DNA of 40,000 bases from Halobellus litoreus (lineage in GTDB: Archaea; Halobacteriota; Halobacteria; Halobacteriales; Haloferacaceae), in contig NZ_JANHAW010000001.1 of NCBI RefSeq assembly GCF_024464595.1, forward strand, positions 845,083 to 885,082, read 5' to 3'. This document shows, piece by piece, positions 1 through 9,140 of this stretch (position 1 is its first letter; every line of letters begins with the position of its first letter). Below the pieces are notes generated by a model. That model searched no databases, was not told where the DNA came from, and saw only the letters and a program-made list of their open reading frames with translations. A program made the position numbers and the translations under genes.

Positions 1-842
1 CGCCGCGGCACGGCTCGGTGTACATCGTCGACGGCGAGGAACCCGCGATCGTCGACTCGGGGACCGGGTGGAACCGCGAGTACGTCTTCGACGCGCTGGC
101 GGAACTCGACATCGACCGCGCGGCCCTCGAGCATCTCCTCCTGACCCACGTCCACCTCGATCACGCCGGCGGTGCGGGCTACCTCGTCGAGGCCTGCCCG
201 AACGCGACGGTGCGGACCCACGAGATCGGCGCGCCCCACCTCGTCGATCCCGAACGGCTCGTCGAAGGCACGAAAGACGCCGTCGGCGACAACTGGGACT
301 TCTACGTCGACCCGAAACCGATCCCAGAAGCGCGAATCGAGCCGCTCGCCGACGGCGACGAGATCGACCTCGGCGACCGGCGGCTCTCAGTGAGCCACAC
401 GCCCGGGCACGCGCCGCATCACGTCGTGTTCTTCGAGCCCGACGACGGACTGCTGTACACCGGCGACGCGACCGGGATCTACGTCCCCGAGCGCGACGAG
501 ATCAGAGAGACGTCGCCGCCCCCGCAGTTCGATCTCGAAGGCTGCCTCGACGACGTCCGCACGATCGAAGACCTCGCGCCCGAGACCCTCTGTTTCGGCC
601 ACCACGGCGACGTCGAGTACGATTCGGCGCTGATGGCGGGCTACAAGCGGACGCTCGTCGAGTGGGTCGAAGCCGTCAGACAGAAACGGGCGGAACTCGG
701 CGACGACGAGGCCGTCATCGCGCACTTCCAAGAGCACTCCGAGATGGTCGAGGTGTGGGGCGAGCGGAAGGCCCGCGCGGAGGAACGACTGAACGTCCGC
801 GGCGTGCTCGCCTCGCTTGACAGGCAGGCCGAGGACGCGTAG
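1..842 (+). CDS. MBL-fold metallo-hydrolase (5' end cut by window edge)
   Basis: The reading frame is open to the window start (PRHGSVYIVDGEEPAIVDSGTG...), so the listed GTG at 18 is probably internal. It has the HxHxDH metal motif (LTHVHLDHAGG), then HTPGH and GHHGD. Composition is acidic and GC3 is high. Confidence 0.8.
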   Translation, partial: PRHGSVYIVDGEEPAIVDSGTGWNREYVFDALAELDIDRAALEHLLLTHVHLDHAGGAGYLVEACPNATVRTHEIGAPHLVDPERLVEGTKDAVGDNWDFYVDPKPIPEARIEPLADGDEIDLGDRRLSVSHTPGHAPHHVVFFEPDDGLLYTGDATGIYVPERDEIRETSPPPQFDLEGCLDDVRTIEDLAPETLCFGHHGDVEYDSALMAGYKRTLVEWVEAVRQKRAELGDDEAVIAHFQEHSEMVEVWGERKARAEERLNVRGVLASLDRQAEDA

Positions 843-1048
843 CTGTTTCTCCGTCGTATCTCGGTGACGAAAAGGCGGGTCCGCGTGGTTCGACCCTCGC
901 CCGTGCGTCGGCCGCGCGGCCCCGACCGGCCGCGTCGCGTTCGGCGGTGCCGAGGCGGCGTCCGCGTCTCGCCCTCAGGACCGGACCGTCATCAGCGTTG
1001 CCGTGTCGATCCCCGTCGTGACCGCGCGAGTCAGTCGTCGGTCGGGGA

Positions 1049-2986
1049 TCAGTCGTCCGCCGGTGCCGGGCTGTCGCCGCTGGAGACGCCCGTGCCGGGG
1101 CCGACCTCGATGCCGAGGTCGTCGAGCCGGTCGTCGGGCACGACGCCGTCGACCCACTGGCGGCGCTCGTAGTACTCCTCTTTCATCTTGTCGAGTTCGC
1201 AGAGCTGCCCCTCGGCGCCGCCCTGGCCGGGGATCGCCTCGTCGCCCTCGACGAACCGACCCGGCAGCGAGTCGTCCTCGCCGTCGAACCCGACGAGGTT
1301 GTTGTAGTAGCGTTCGAGGGTGTAGATTCGGTCGCCGGCCTCCATCAGTTCGTCCTCGGTGACGTCGCGGCCGGTCATCCCGTTGTACTGGTCGACGTAC
1401 TCGTCGATGCCCTCCGCGAAGGCGTTGAACTTGCAGATGTCGAAGGAGTCCGAGATCGCGTGGAGGTCCTGGAAGAGCGCGCACAGCTCGCCCTTGCCCT
1501 CCCACTCGGAGGGGTCGACCTTCTCCGGGATGCCGAGGATCTCCGCCGACGGCGTGTACCCGCGGAGGTGACACGCGCCGCGGTTCGAGGTGGCGTAGCC
1601 GATTCCCATCCCCTTCATCGCACGGGGGTCGTAGGCGGCGATCGTCTGCCCCTTGACCGCAAGCGAGTTGTCGTGTGCGTCCCGCGCCTCTGCCACGCGG
1701 CGCGGGCCTTTCGCGAGCAGTTCTCCGAGATCGGAGTCGTGGTGGGCGATCTCCTCGAGCAGGTCGATCATGTGCTCTTTGTCGCCCCACTCGAGATCGT
1801 CGTCGAGGTCGTCGAGTTTGCCCTGCTCTGTCATCTCCATCGCCATCGCCAGCATATTCCCGGTCTCGATGGTGTCGATGCCGAGGTCGTTACACCGGTT
1901 GATCATCACGGCGATGCTGTCGCGGTCGTCGTTCATCGAGTTCGGGCCGAGCGCGTACGCCGACTCGTACTCGTAGGACTCCCCGCGGACGTTCATCTCC
2001 TCGCCCTTGTGCTCGTAGGTGACCTCGGTCTCCTTCTTGCAGGCGACCGGACAGGAGTGACACGTCGGCTCGTCGACGAGGATGTTCTCGCGGACGTTCT
2101 CGCCGGAGACTTTCTCGGCGTCGATGTTGGGCTCGCTCGGATCGTCTTCGGCCTCCGAGTGCGTCGAGGTGTACTTTCCGTTCCTCGTCGGGAGCCCGTC
2201 CATCTCCTCGGCGAGGTTCATCAGGACGTTCGTGCCGTACAGCGACAGTCCGCCCTCGTTGGGACCGGTGACGTCGGACTCGCGGATGAGCTGCATCGCC
2301 TGCTGGTAGCCCTCGGTGAAGGTCTCGGGGTCGGCGGGCTTCGGCATCTTCGTTCCGGACTTGACGACGACCGCTTTCAGGTTCTTCGAGCCCATCACGC
2401 AGCCGGTGCCGCCGCGGCCCGAGGCGCGGTCGTCCTCGTTGATGATGCAGGCGTACTTCGTGCCGTTCTCGCCGCCCGGACCGATCGCCATCGCCGAGAG
2501 GTTCTTGCCGAACTGGCCGTCGTGACCCTCCTCGATGGCGTCCATCGTGTCGTGGACGCCCATCCCCCACAGGTCGGAGGCGTCGCGCAGTTCGACTTCG
2601 CCGTCTTCCACGTAGGCGTAGACCGGGTCGTCGGCCCGGCCCTCGAAGAGCAGGCCGTCGAAGCCGGACCACTTGAGCCGAGCGCCCGACCAGCCGCCGT
2701 GGTGGGAGTCGGTGACGGTTCCGGTCAGCGGCGATTTCGTACAGACCGCGATTCGGCCGCTCATCGGCGCTTGTGTCCCCGTGAGCGGGCCGTTCATAAA
2801 CGCGAGCAGGTTCTCCGGACCCTCCGGGTCCACGTCCGTGCCGTTGTCGAACACGTACTTCACGCCGAGGCCGCGCCCGCCGATATACTTGCGGGCGTCC
2901 TCCTCGTCGATTCCCTCGTACTGCACGTCCCCGTTCGTGAGGTCGACACGGGCGACGTGGTCGTTGAATCCACCTAGATCTGTCAT
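1049..2986 (-). CDS. aor: aldehyde:ferredoxin oxidoreductase family (tungsto/molybdopterin, 4Fe-4S)
   Basis: 645-aa ORF. The N-terminus (ARVDLTNGDV...GGRGLG) is typical of the AOR N-domain. An internal Cys cluster (DEPTCHSCPVACKKE) matches the AOR Fe-S ligand region. Confidence 0.9.
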   Translation of the reverse strand: MTDLGGFNDHVARVDLTNGDVQYEGIDEEDARKYIGGRGLGVKYVFDNGTDVDPEGPENLLAFMNGPLTGTQAPMSGRIAVCTKSPLTGTVTDSHHGGWSGARLKWSGFDGLLFEGRADDPVYAYVEDGEVELRDASDLWGMGVHDTMDAIEEGHDGQFGKNLSAMAIGPGGENGTKYACIINEDDRASGRGGTGCVMGSKNLKAVVVKSGTKMPKPADPETFTEGYQQAMQLIRESDVTGPNEGGLSLYGTNVLMNLAEEMDGLPTRNGKYTSTHSEAEDDPSEPNIDAEKVSGENVRENILVDEPTCHSCPVACKKETEVTYEHKGEEMNVRGESYEYESAYALGPNSMNDDRDSIAVMINRCNDLGIDTIETGNMLAMAMEMTEQGKLDDLDDDLEWGDKEHMIDLLEEIAHHDSDLGELLAKGPRRVAEARDAHDNSLAVKGQTIAAYDPRAMKGMGIGYATSNRGACHLRGYTPSAEILGIPEKVDPSEWEGKGELCALFQDLHAISDSFDICKFNAFAEGIDEYVDQYNGMTGRDVTEDELMEAGDRIYTLERYYNNLVGFDGEDDSLPGRFVEGDEAIPGQGGAEGQLCELDKMKEEYYERRQWVDGVVPDDRLDDLGIEVGPGTGVSSGDSPAPADD

Positions 2987-3160
2987 AGTTAATGTCCGTC
3001 CTTACCTTGGGGCCGAATTCTGTTAGTCGTTACCACTTTAGGGTAATTGGAATACGTTACATCCGGTCGGATCCGGTGAGCCCTCGGCTCGGCGTCTAGG
3101 GCGAACAGCAGCGCCGCACAGACGACGGAGATTTACCGGTTCGTCGAGTAGCGGTACGCA

Positions 3161-4258
3161 ATGAGCCAGCCGAGTCCGGAGGTCTACGAGCGGGGGAAGG
3201 GGATGGACGCCCACAACCAGGTGATGCGGGAGATCCGATCGGAGAAGGAGAAGCACTACGACCCCCACGAGCCGACCCGGGTCTGGCTCGACGAGGACAA
3301 CACGCCCGACGGCGTGGTCCGGTCGCTGACGATCATTCTCAACACCGGCGGCTGCCGGTGGGCCCGCGCGGGAGGCTGTACGATGTGCGGCTACGTCGCC
3401 GAGTCCGTCGAGGGCGGCAGCGTCGCCCACGACGCCCTGATGGACCAGATCGACGTCTGCCTCGAACACGAGGCCGAGAACGTCGAGGAGCCCGCCGAGC
3501 TGATCAAGATCTACACCTCCGGATCGTTCCTCGACGAGCGCGAGGTCGGTGCCGAAACCAGAACCGCCATCGCCGAGACGTTCGCCGACCGCGAGCGGAT
3601 CGTCGTCGAGTCCCTGCCCGATTTCGTCGACCGCGAGAAGATCGCCGACTTCACCGACGTCGGCCTGTCGACGGACGTCGCGATCGGTCTGGAGACCGCC
3701 ACCGACCGCATCCGCCACGACTGCGTGAACAAGTACTTCGACTTCGCCGACTTCGAGGCCGCCTGCACGGAGGCCCGCGAGGCCGACCTCGACGCCGACG
3801 GCGTCGACGCCGGCGTCAAGGCGTACCTCCTGATGAAGCCGCCGTTCCTCTCGGAGTCCGAAGCGGTCGACGATATGATCTCCTCGGTCCGCCGCTGCGC
3901 CGCCGTCGACGGCTGTCACACGGTCTCGATGAACCCCACGAACGTCCAGCGGTACACGATGGTCGACGAACTGTTCTTCCGCGGCGGCTACCGCCCGCCG
4001 TGGCTCTGGTCGGTCGCCGAGGTGCTCGAAGCGACGGCCGACGTCGACGCCATCGTCGTCTCCGACCCCGTCGGCCACGGCTCCGACCGCGGCCCGCACA
4101 ACTGCGGCGAGTGCGACGACAGAGTCCAGACGGCGATCAAGGACTTCGACAAGCGGCAGGACCCCTCGGTGTTCTCGCAGGTCACCTGCGAGTGTGAGGC
4201 GACCTGGGAGTACGTGCTCGAAGCGGAGACGAGTTACGGGATGCCGCTGGCGCGGTAG
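3161..4258 (+). CDS. radical-SAM protein, RaSEA-like (archaeosine biosynthesis family, TIGR01210-type)
   Basis: 365 aa with Cys motif LNTGGCRWARAGGCTMCGY near the N-terminus and a second Cys cluster (HNCGECDD, CECE) near the C-terminus. The family was assigned from memory, not by search. Confidence 0.6.
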   Translation: MSQPSPEVYERGKGMDAHNQVMREIRSEKEKHYDPHEPTRVWLDEDNTPDGVVRSLTIILNTGGCRWARAGGCTMCGYVAESVEGGSVAHDALMDQIDVCLEHEAENVEEPAELIKIYTSGSFLDEREVGAETRTAIAETFADRERIVVESLPDFVDREKIADFTDVGLSTDVAIGLETATDRIRHDCVNKYFDFADFEAACTEAREADLDADGVDAGVKAYLLMKPPFLSESEAVDDMISSVRRCAAVDGCHTVSMNPTNVQRYTMVDELFFRGGYRPPWLWSVAEVLEATADVDAIVVSDPVGHGSDRGPHNCGECDDRVQTAIKDFDKRQDPSVFSQVTCECEATWEYVLEAETSYGMPLAR

Positions 4259-4430
4259 CCCGAGCGCCGCTTCCGACCGCCTCGATGGCGGTTCTCTCGG
4301 CGAGCGCCACGCGAACACGGTTCACTACGACTATATCTCCTCGGCGGGCTTTTATATACCCAGTCAGACGACGCAGTTTTCCGCGGTTGCGGGAGGCGAA
4401 CGCGTGAGGGTTTGACCGGAGTGTAACACA

Positions 4431-4892
4431 ATGTCCACATTCGAACACACGATCGAGATTGCAGCGCCCGTCGACACCGTCTTCGCCTTCGACAGCGACC
4501 CCGAGAACTGGCCGCGAACGATGTCCAGCCTGCGGGACCTCGAAGTCGTCGAGGAGACCGAGACCGGTGCTCGGATTCGCGCGGTCTACAAGCTACTGGG
4601 GATCTCCCAGGACGTCGAGATGGAACTGAGCATCGTCGACCCGAACGAGCACCTGCGAATTCTGGTCGACGGGTCCGGAATGGGTGGCGAGATCAACATC
4701 CACTACTCGGAGACAGACGTCGGGACGGAGGTCGTTCACGAGGCGACGTACGAGTTCGGTGATTCGCTCCTCGAAAGCCTGTTCGAGCCGGTCGCGACGC
4801 GCTACACCAACCGCCAGTTCAGGATGCACCTGCAGAACTCGAAGGATCTCATCGAGGCGGAGGCGGCGGTCGAAGAACCCGCTGTCGCCTGA
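4431..4892 (+). CDS. SRPBCC (polyketide cyclase/dehydrase-like) family protein
   Basis: 153 aa. The N-terminus FEHTIEIAAPVDTVFAFDSDPENWPRTM is typical of the SRPBCC/START-like fold. A TATA-like tttatata sits at 4351-4358. Confidence 0.7.
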   Translation: MSTFEHTIEIAAPVDTVFAFDSDPENWPRTMSSLRDLEVVEETETGARIRAVYKLLGISQDVEMELSIVDPNEHLRILVDGSGMGGEINIHYSETDVGTEVVHEATYEFGDSLLESLFEPVATRYTNRQFRMHLQNSKDLIEAEAAVEEPAVA

Positions 4893-4978
4893 ACCCGGGC
4901 TCGATCCGACTCCGCTCACCGAATCGTTCGGCGAGGCGTAGCTGGTTGGTCGTTCCGGCTGAAATACCTCCAGACGGC

Positions 4979-5656
4979 TCAGACGAATGCCGAGAGCACG
5001 CCCTGCCCGTCGACGCTGCGGCCGAGGTCGGGCAGCGACGCGCGCTCGGGGTGGGGCATCATCACCGCGACGGTCTCGCGGTCGCCGAGAATCCCGGCGA
5101 CGTTGCCGCGGGAGCCGTTCGGGTTCGCCGTTTCAGTTATGTTCCCGGCGGCGTCGCAGTACCGGAAGAGGATCCGGTCCTCGGCGACGAGGTCGTCGTA
5201 GCGCTCGTCGCTGATCTCGAAGCGGCCCTCGCCGTGGGCGATGGGGACCTCGATCACGTCGCCGGCGTCGTAGGCGGCGGTCCAAGGCGTGTCGGCGTTC
5301 TCGACCCGCAGGTGGACGGACTCGCACTGGAAGCGCGCGCTGGCGTTCGTCGTGAACGCGCCGGGGGTCAGCTTCGACTCGCAGCCGATCTGTGCGCCGT
5401 TGCAGACGCCCAGGACCGGAACGCCGTCCTCGGCGGCGTCGCGGACGTCGTTCATAATCGGCGAGTGCGCGGCCATCGCGCCCGCGCGGAGGTAGTCGCC
5501 GTAGGAGAAGCCGCCGGGGAGGACGACGCCGTCGACGTCCGACGGCAGGCCGTCCTCGTGCCAGACGCGCTCGGCGTCGACGCCGACGTGCGCGAGCGCC
5601 CGGACGGCGTCGCGGTCGCAGTTCGACCCGCCGAATTGTACCACTGCGACCGACAT
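4979..5656 (-). CDS. purQ: phosphoribosylformylglycinamidine synthase subunit PurQ (glutaminase)
   Basis: 225 aa with MSVAVVQFGGSNCDRD..., the catalytic-Cys context GVCNGAQ and a C-terminal MMPHPER. The start overlaps the purS stop (TGATG). Confidence 0.9.
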   Translation of the reverse strand: MSVAVVQFGGSNCDRDAVRALAHVGVDAERVWHEDGLPSDVDGVVLPGGFSYGDYLRAGAMAAHSPIMNDVRDAAEDGVPVLGVCNGAQIGCESKLTPGAFTTNASARFQCESVHLRVENADTPWTAAYDAGDVIEVPIAHGEGRFEISDERYDDLVAEDRILFRYCDAAGNITETANPNGSRGNVAGILGDRETVAVMMPHPERASLPDLGRSVDGQGVLSAFV

Positions 5657-5907
5657 CAGGCTTCGGCCACCTCGACGTCGTAGTCGTGGATGGTCGGGTT
5701 CGCGAGCAGTCGCTCGGCCATCTCGTCGGCCCGGTCGGCGGCGGCCGCCGCCGACTCGGCGTCGAGGTCGACCTCGAACTGGTCCGCCGATCGGAGGGCG
5801 TCGAGCTCGAAGCCGAGGCGTTCGAGCGCGCGCTTGGTCGTCTCGGCTTCGGGGTCCAACACGCCCCGCTTGAGGCGGACCGTCACCGTCGCGGTGTACG
5901 TCGTCAT
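5656..5907 (-). CDS. purS: phosphoribosylformylglycinamidine synthase subunit PurS
   Basis: Internal ATG (CAT at 5905-5907) gives an 83-aa protein, MTTYTATVTVRLKRGVLDPEAETTKRALERLGF..., matching PurS. The upstream part of the 146-aa ORF is basic and non-coding-like. Confidence 0.9.
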   Translation of the reverse strand: MTTYTATVTVRLKRGVLDPEAETTKRALERLGFELDALRSADQFEVDLDAESAAAAADRADEMAERLLANPTIHDYDVEVAEA

Positions 5908-6070
5908 CGAGTCGAAGTGCGCGGTCGTGCGTAAAAGTCGTTTTGGACTGATTCGGTTATACACGAACGTGATTGTCCCCCGCTCACTTGTGAGCCAGTG
6001 TCCCCCGCCGTCGGCGACGAGCAGGCGACAAGATTCTTTTTGCCCGACGGTAATCGACACGCACCGCCTG

Positions 6071-6214
6071 ATGATCCGCTCCCCACTCCGAGCCAAAGGG
6101 ATCGAGTACTTCCTCTATTTGGCTCTCGTTCTCGCCGGGGGCGCACTACTCCTGTGGCTCGTTCTGGACTACTTTTCGTTGATCGAGGCGGTGGTACGGA
6201 ACGCGCCGTGGTGA
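6071..6214 (+). CDS. possible 47-aa single-TM mini-protein
   Basis: ATG at 6071. The protein is MIRSPLRAKGIEYFLYLALVLAGGALLLWLVLDYFSLIEAVVRNAPW, with one clear hydrophobic helix. By hand count 36 of 47 codons end in G/C. I recognise no homology. Confidence 0.3.
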   Translation: MIRSPLRAKGIEYFLYLALVLAGGALLLWLVLDYFSLIEAVVRNAPW

Positions 6215-6255
6215 GCGTCGGTTTCGCGGCGACGAGGCCCCCGAAACGAGACCGA

Positions 6256-7311
6256 TCAGAGGTCGCGAACGGCGTCGACCGCGTCGTCGACGGCGGGCGC
6301 GTCGAACCACGCGGTCCCCGTGTAGGCGTTCGTCCCCGCGGCGTAGAGGTCCGAAACGGCGTCGAGGACGTCCGCCGGCAGCGACTCCGGGGAGCGATCG
6401 CAGAGCGTCCGCCAGTCGGCGACGCCCGTCTCGCGGGACCGCTCCTTGGCCTCGGAGACGGCCTCGACCCACTCGGGATCGGTCCGCCTGTAGTACTGCC
6501 TGACGACCTCTTTGGAGAGTTCCTGTCCCCCGTACGAGAAGCGGTTCTCGTCGAACGTGCCGACGACGTCGCCGACCTTGATCTCGCCAGCGTGGTACAG
6601 GCACTCGATCTTGCCGTCCTCGTGGACGAACCCGCGTTCCTCGGCGCGGCGGTTGAGCACGTCGTTCACCGCGAGCGCGAGGTCCTCCAGTGCCCCTAAG
6701 TCGGCGACGCCGGCGATCCGGTCGGCCTCGGGTCGCGAGAGGTAGCGGTCCTGCTCCTCGTACTTCGTCGAGAACTCGACGACCGGTTCCGGGAGGTCGA
6801 CGACCTCGTCGGGCCATTCGTCGGCGTCGAGGCCGTACGCCCCGGGCGACCCCCGCGATCGGAGGCTCGATCCCACGGGGACGGTGTTGCGGAAGACGAT
6901 CTCCAGAGGGATCAGGTAGTTCTCGCCCGCGGCGTCGTGGTAGGCGTCGTAGTCGTACGCGCCGTCGCCGAGGTACGGGAGGTCGGGGACCTGCGTGAGT
7001 TCGATCGCCATCTCCGTCGGTGGCTCGTCGCAGTCGCCGAGGGCGACGGGGCCGGCCGCGCCGTCGTCCGAGTCGCCGGCGGCGTCGGACGCCCGGTACA
7101 CGCCGCGGTAGTGCGTCGGCACGTCCGACTCGGCCAGTCGCTCGAAGTTGTACGCGCCCATCGTACACAGCGACGCGCCCTTTTTCGGGACCCGATCGGG
7201 CATCTCGCCCCAGTCGAAGACGGAGTACTGGTCGGTGAAGACGAACCGGCCCCGACCGAGTTCCGTCGCGGTCGGTTCCGCCTCGACGCGGAACTCCTTG
7301 ACGCTCGTCAT
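6256..7311 (-). CDS. purC: phosphoribosylaminoimidazole-succinocarboxamide (SAICAR) synthase
   Basis: Start at the internal ATG (CAT 7309-7311) gives [13 protein letters not shown]...[17 protein letters not shown]..., a SAICAR synthase signature. It carries an acidic insertion typical of haloarchaeal PurC. Confidence 0.9.
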   Translation of the reverse strand: MTSVKEFRVEAEPTATELGRGRFVFTDQYSVFDWGEMPDRVPKKGASLCTMGAYNFERLAESDVPTHYRGVYRASDAAGDSDDGAAGPVALGDCDEPPTEMAIELTQVPDLPYLGDGAYDYDAYHDAAGENYLIPLEIVFRNTVPVGSSLRSRGSPGAYGLDADEWPDEVVDLPEPVVEFSTKYEEQDRYLSRPEADRIAGVADLGALEDLALAVNDVLNRRAEERGFVHEDGKIECLYHAGEIKVGDVVGTFDENRFSYGGQELSKEVVRQYYRRTDPEWVEAVSEAKERSRETGVADWRTLCDRSPESLPADVLDAVSDLYAAGTNAYTGTAWFDAPAVDDAVDAVRDL

Positions 7312-7493
7312 ACGGCGAACTGTCTCGGGAGCGCACAAGAAGGCTTCCACTCCTATGCGTACTTCAGCGCGAGAGAGCAATCGCCTATCCACGTTCGCGT
7401 ACAGATGCGGCGTCGGTTTCGCAGTTCCGACGGCCGTGCGTGCGGACCGCCGGGAGGCCCAGACTTTTGGGTTCGGCCCACTGGATAGACGGT

Positions 7494-8891
7494 ATGCGAG
7501 AGCCAGCGGTACCCGCGAACGATCGGTCCGGCTTCGACTTCGACGTCGTCCCCGAGACGGACCAGTCGTTCGAGAACGCGCTGGCGAAGGCCCGCGCGGG
7601 CGACCGCCTGACGGTCGACGACGGGATCGAACTGCTGACGACCGGGACCGACGAGGCTGGAATCGACCCGGTTCGGAAGGAGCAGGTCCTCGAAGCGGCC
7701 GACAGGCGACGCGCCGAGGTCGTCGGCGAGGACGTGACGTTCGTCGCGAACCTGAACAACAACGTCACCACCGCTTGCAACACCGGCTGCCTGTTCTGCA
7801 ACTTCAAGGACACCGCCCACCGGTTCGAGGCCGACCACGACGGCGAGCACGCGGGCTTCACGAAGACGCCCGCGGAGTCGCGCGCGGTCGTCGAGGACGC
7901 CCTGGAGATGGGCATCTACGAGGTCACCTCCGTTTCTGGGCTCCACCCGGCGTTCGCGCTGAACGCGGAACACCACGAGATCCTCGCCGCCCACGACGAC
8001 CCCGCCAGCGAGGTCGACTACCGGCCGCCGGCGGTCTACGAGACCGATCCGGGGACCTACCTCGAACAGCTGCGCGCGATGTCCGTCGACGGCGTCCACC
8101 TTCACTCGATGACGCCCGAGGAGGCCGACCACGCGCGTCGCGGGACCGAGTGGTCTTACGAGGAGGTGTATCGAGAGCTGAGGGCCGCCGGCCTCGACTC
8201 CGCGCCCGGCACGGCCGCGGAGATCCTGGTCGAGGAGGTCCGCGACGTCATCTGCCCGGGGAAGATATCGACCGGCGAGTGGGTCGCGGCGATGGAGGGC
8301 GCGATCGACGCCGGCCTCGACGTCACGTCGACGATGATGTACGGCCACGTCGAGAACGAGGCCCACCGGGTTCGCCATCTGAAGGTACTCCGGGACCTCC
8401 AGGACAGGACGGGCGGCATCACCGAGTTCGTGCCGCTGTCGTTCGTCCACGAGAACACGCCGCTGTACGAGCGCGGCGTCGTCGACGGCGGCGCGAGCGA
8501 CGCCGAGGACGAACTGCTCGTCGCCGTCTCCCGGCTCTTTCTGGACAACGTCGAGAACGTCCAGTCCTCCTGGGTGAAGTTCGGCGACCCGAAGGCGCTG
8601 AAACTGCTCAACTGCGGCGCGAACGACTTCATGGGGACGATCCTCTCCGAGGAGATCACGAGTCGCGCCGGCGGCTCCTACGGCGAGTTCCGCTCGTTTG
8701 AGGACTACGTCGAGATGATCTCGGCGATCGGCCGACCCGCGGTCGAGCGGTCGACCGACTACCGGACTCGCCGCCGGATCGACCCCGACGACCCACCGTA
8801 CGGTCCGCGGCTCGGGCCGCGAGCGGACGGGACACCCGTGCTCGACGGTCGGTCCGCAGCCCGCGGTGATCCCGCGCCCGCGGACGATTGA
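7494..8891 (+). CDS. cofH: FO synthase subunit CofH (5-amino-6-(D-ribitylamino)uracil-L-tyrosine 4-hydroxyphenyl transferase)
   Basis: Radical-SAM motif [24 protein letters not shown], the CofH-type context. Start chosen at ATG 7494 ([11 protein letters not shown]...). It has an acidic C-terminal tail. Confidence 0.85.
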   Translation: MREPAVPANDRSGFDFDVVPETDQSFENALAKARAGDRLTVDDGIELLTTGTDEAGIDPVRKEQVLEAADRRRAEVVGEDVTFVANLNNNVTTACNTGCLFCNFKDTAHRFEADHDGEHAGFTKTPAESRAVVEDALEMGIYEVTSVSGLHPAFALNAEHHEILAAHDDPASEVDYRPPAVYETDPGTYLEQLRAMSVDGVHLHSMTPEEADHARRGTEWSYEEVYRELRAAGLDSAPGTAAEILVEEVRDVICPGKISTGEWVAAMEGAIDAGLDVTSTMMYGHVENEAHRVRHLKVLRDLQDRTGGITEFVPLSFVHENTPLYERGVVDGGASDAEDELLVAVSRLFLDNVENVQSSWVKFGDPKALKLLNCGANDFMGTILSEEITSRAGGSYGEFRSFEDYVEMISAIGRPAVERSTDYRTRRRIDPDDPPYGPRLGPRADGTPVLDGRSAARGDPAPADD

Positions 8892-8900
8892 TCCTGAATT

Positions 8901-9018
8901 GACAGTCGGCGACGAAACGAGCGGACAGTCGGCGGCGGGGTGAGTGAATAATCGACGGCGGGGTGAGCGGTCGGTGGGCACAAGATGTGCGGCCGGCCGG
9001 CACGAGATGTGCGCCCGG
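8901..9018. repeat. three pairs of short direct repeats in the cofH-cetZ intergenic region
   Basis: gacagtcggcg occurs at 8901-8911 and 8924-8934. cggcggggtgag occurs at 8933-8944 and 8956-8967. ggcacaagatgtgcggccgg (8977-8996) matches ggcacgagatgtgcgcccgg (8999-9018) at 18/20. Confidence 0.7.
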
Positions 9019-9104
9019 TCAGCGGCGAAGTCGCGCTCGACGGGAGCGAGACGCACCGCGGGCGCGACGCCGACGTGTCGCCGTCAGCCGCCCGCACGGG
9101 CGAC

Positions 9105-9112
9105 AGTATATT
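9105..9112 (+). promoter_or_regulatory. TATA-like box for the cetZ paralog
   Basis: agtatatt lies 29-36 nt upstream of ATG 9141, consistent with a leaderless haloarchaeal promoter. Confidence 0.4.
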
Positions 9113-9140
9113 GGTCTCGGCGGTGAATCTACCTGTATCA

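Noticed and set aside
870-960. tRNA-like fragment (ggttcgaccc) in the MBL-AOR convergent spacer.
   Set aside because: I could not fold a cloverleaf. There is no complementary T-stem, acceptor stem or anticodon arm.
1460-2977. 505-aa plus-strand ORF antisense to the AOR gene. Similar long antisense or off-frame ORFs elsewhere include 3038-4318(-), 6146-7336(-), 7353-9056(-), 9138-10508(-), 18092-19570(-), 24285-25706(-), 28006-29508(-), 32604-34367(-), 35719-37260(-) and 37288-38304(-).
   Set aside because: Their composition is Arg/Pro/Gly/Val-rich with repetitive low complexity, typical of non-coding frames in high-G+C DNA. Each fully overlaps a gene with clear family motifs and the acidic haloarchaeal composition.
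4351-4358. Strong TATA-like tttatata about 75 nt upstream of the SRPBCC ATG, considered as the promoter of a hidden small RNA.
   Set aside because: No associated hairpin or terminator pattern is present. It is most simply the SRPBCC promoter with a short 5' UTR, and I cannot distinguish the alternatives from sequence alone.
8985-9140. N-terminal extensions of listed ORFs. Examples are cetZ from 8985, cetZ1 to 15027, purS to 6096, purC to 7392, cofH from 7440, cofG to 12260, trkA from 20497, rps8e from 22390, nadK from 30619 and mptA from 37246.
   Set aside because: The extensions are basic and non-coding-like, while internal ATGs reproduce conserved family N-termini. Those ATGs often have a TATA-like box 22-36 nt upstream or overlap the preceding stop codon.
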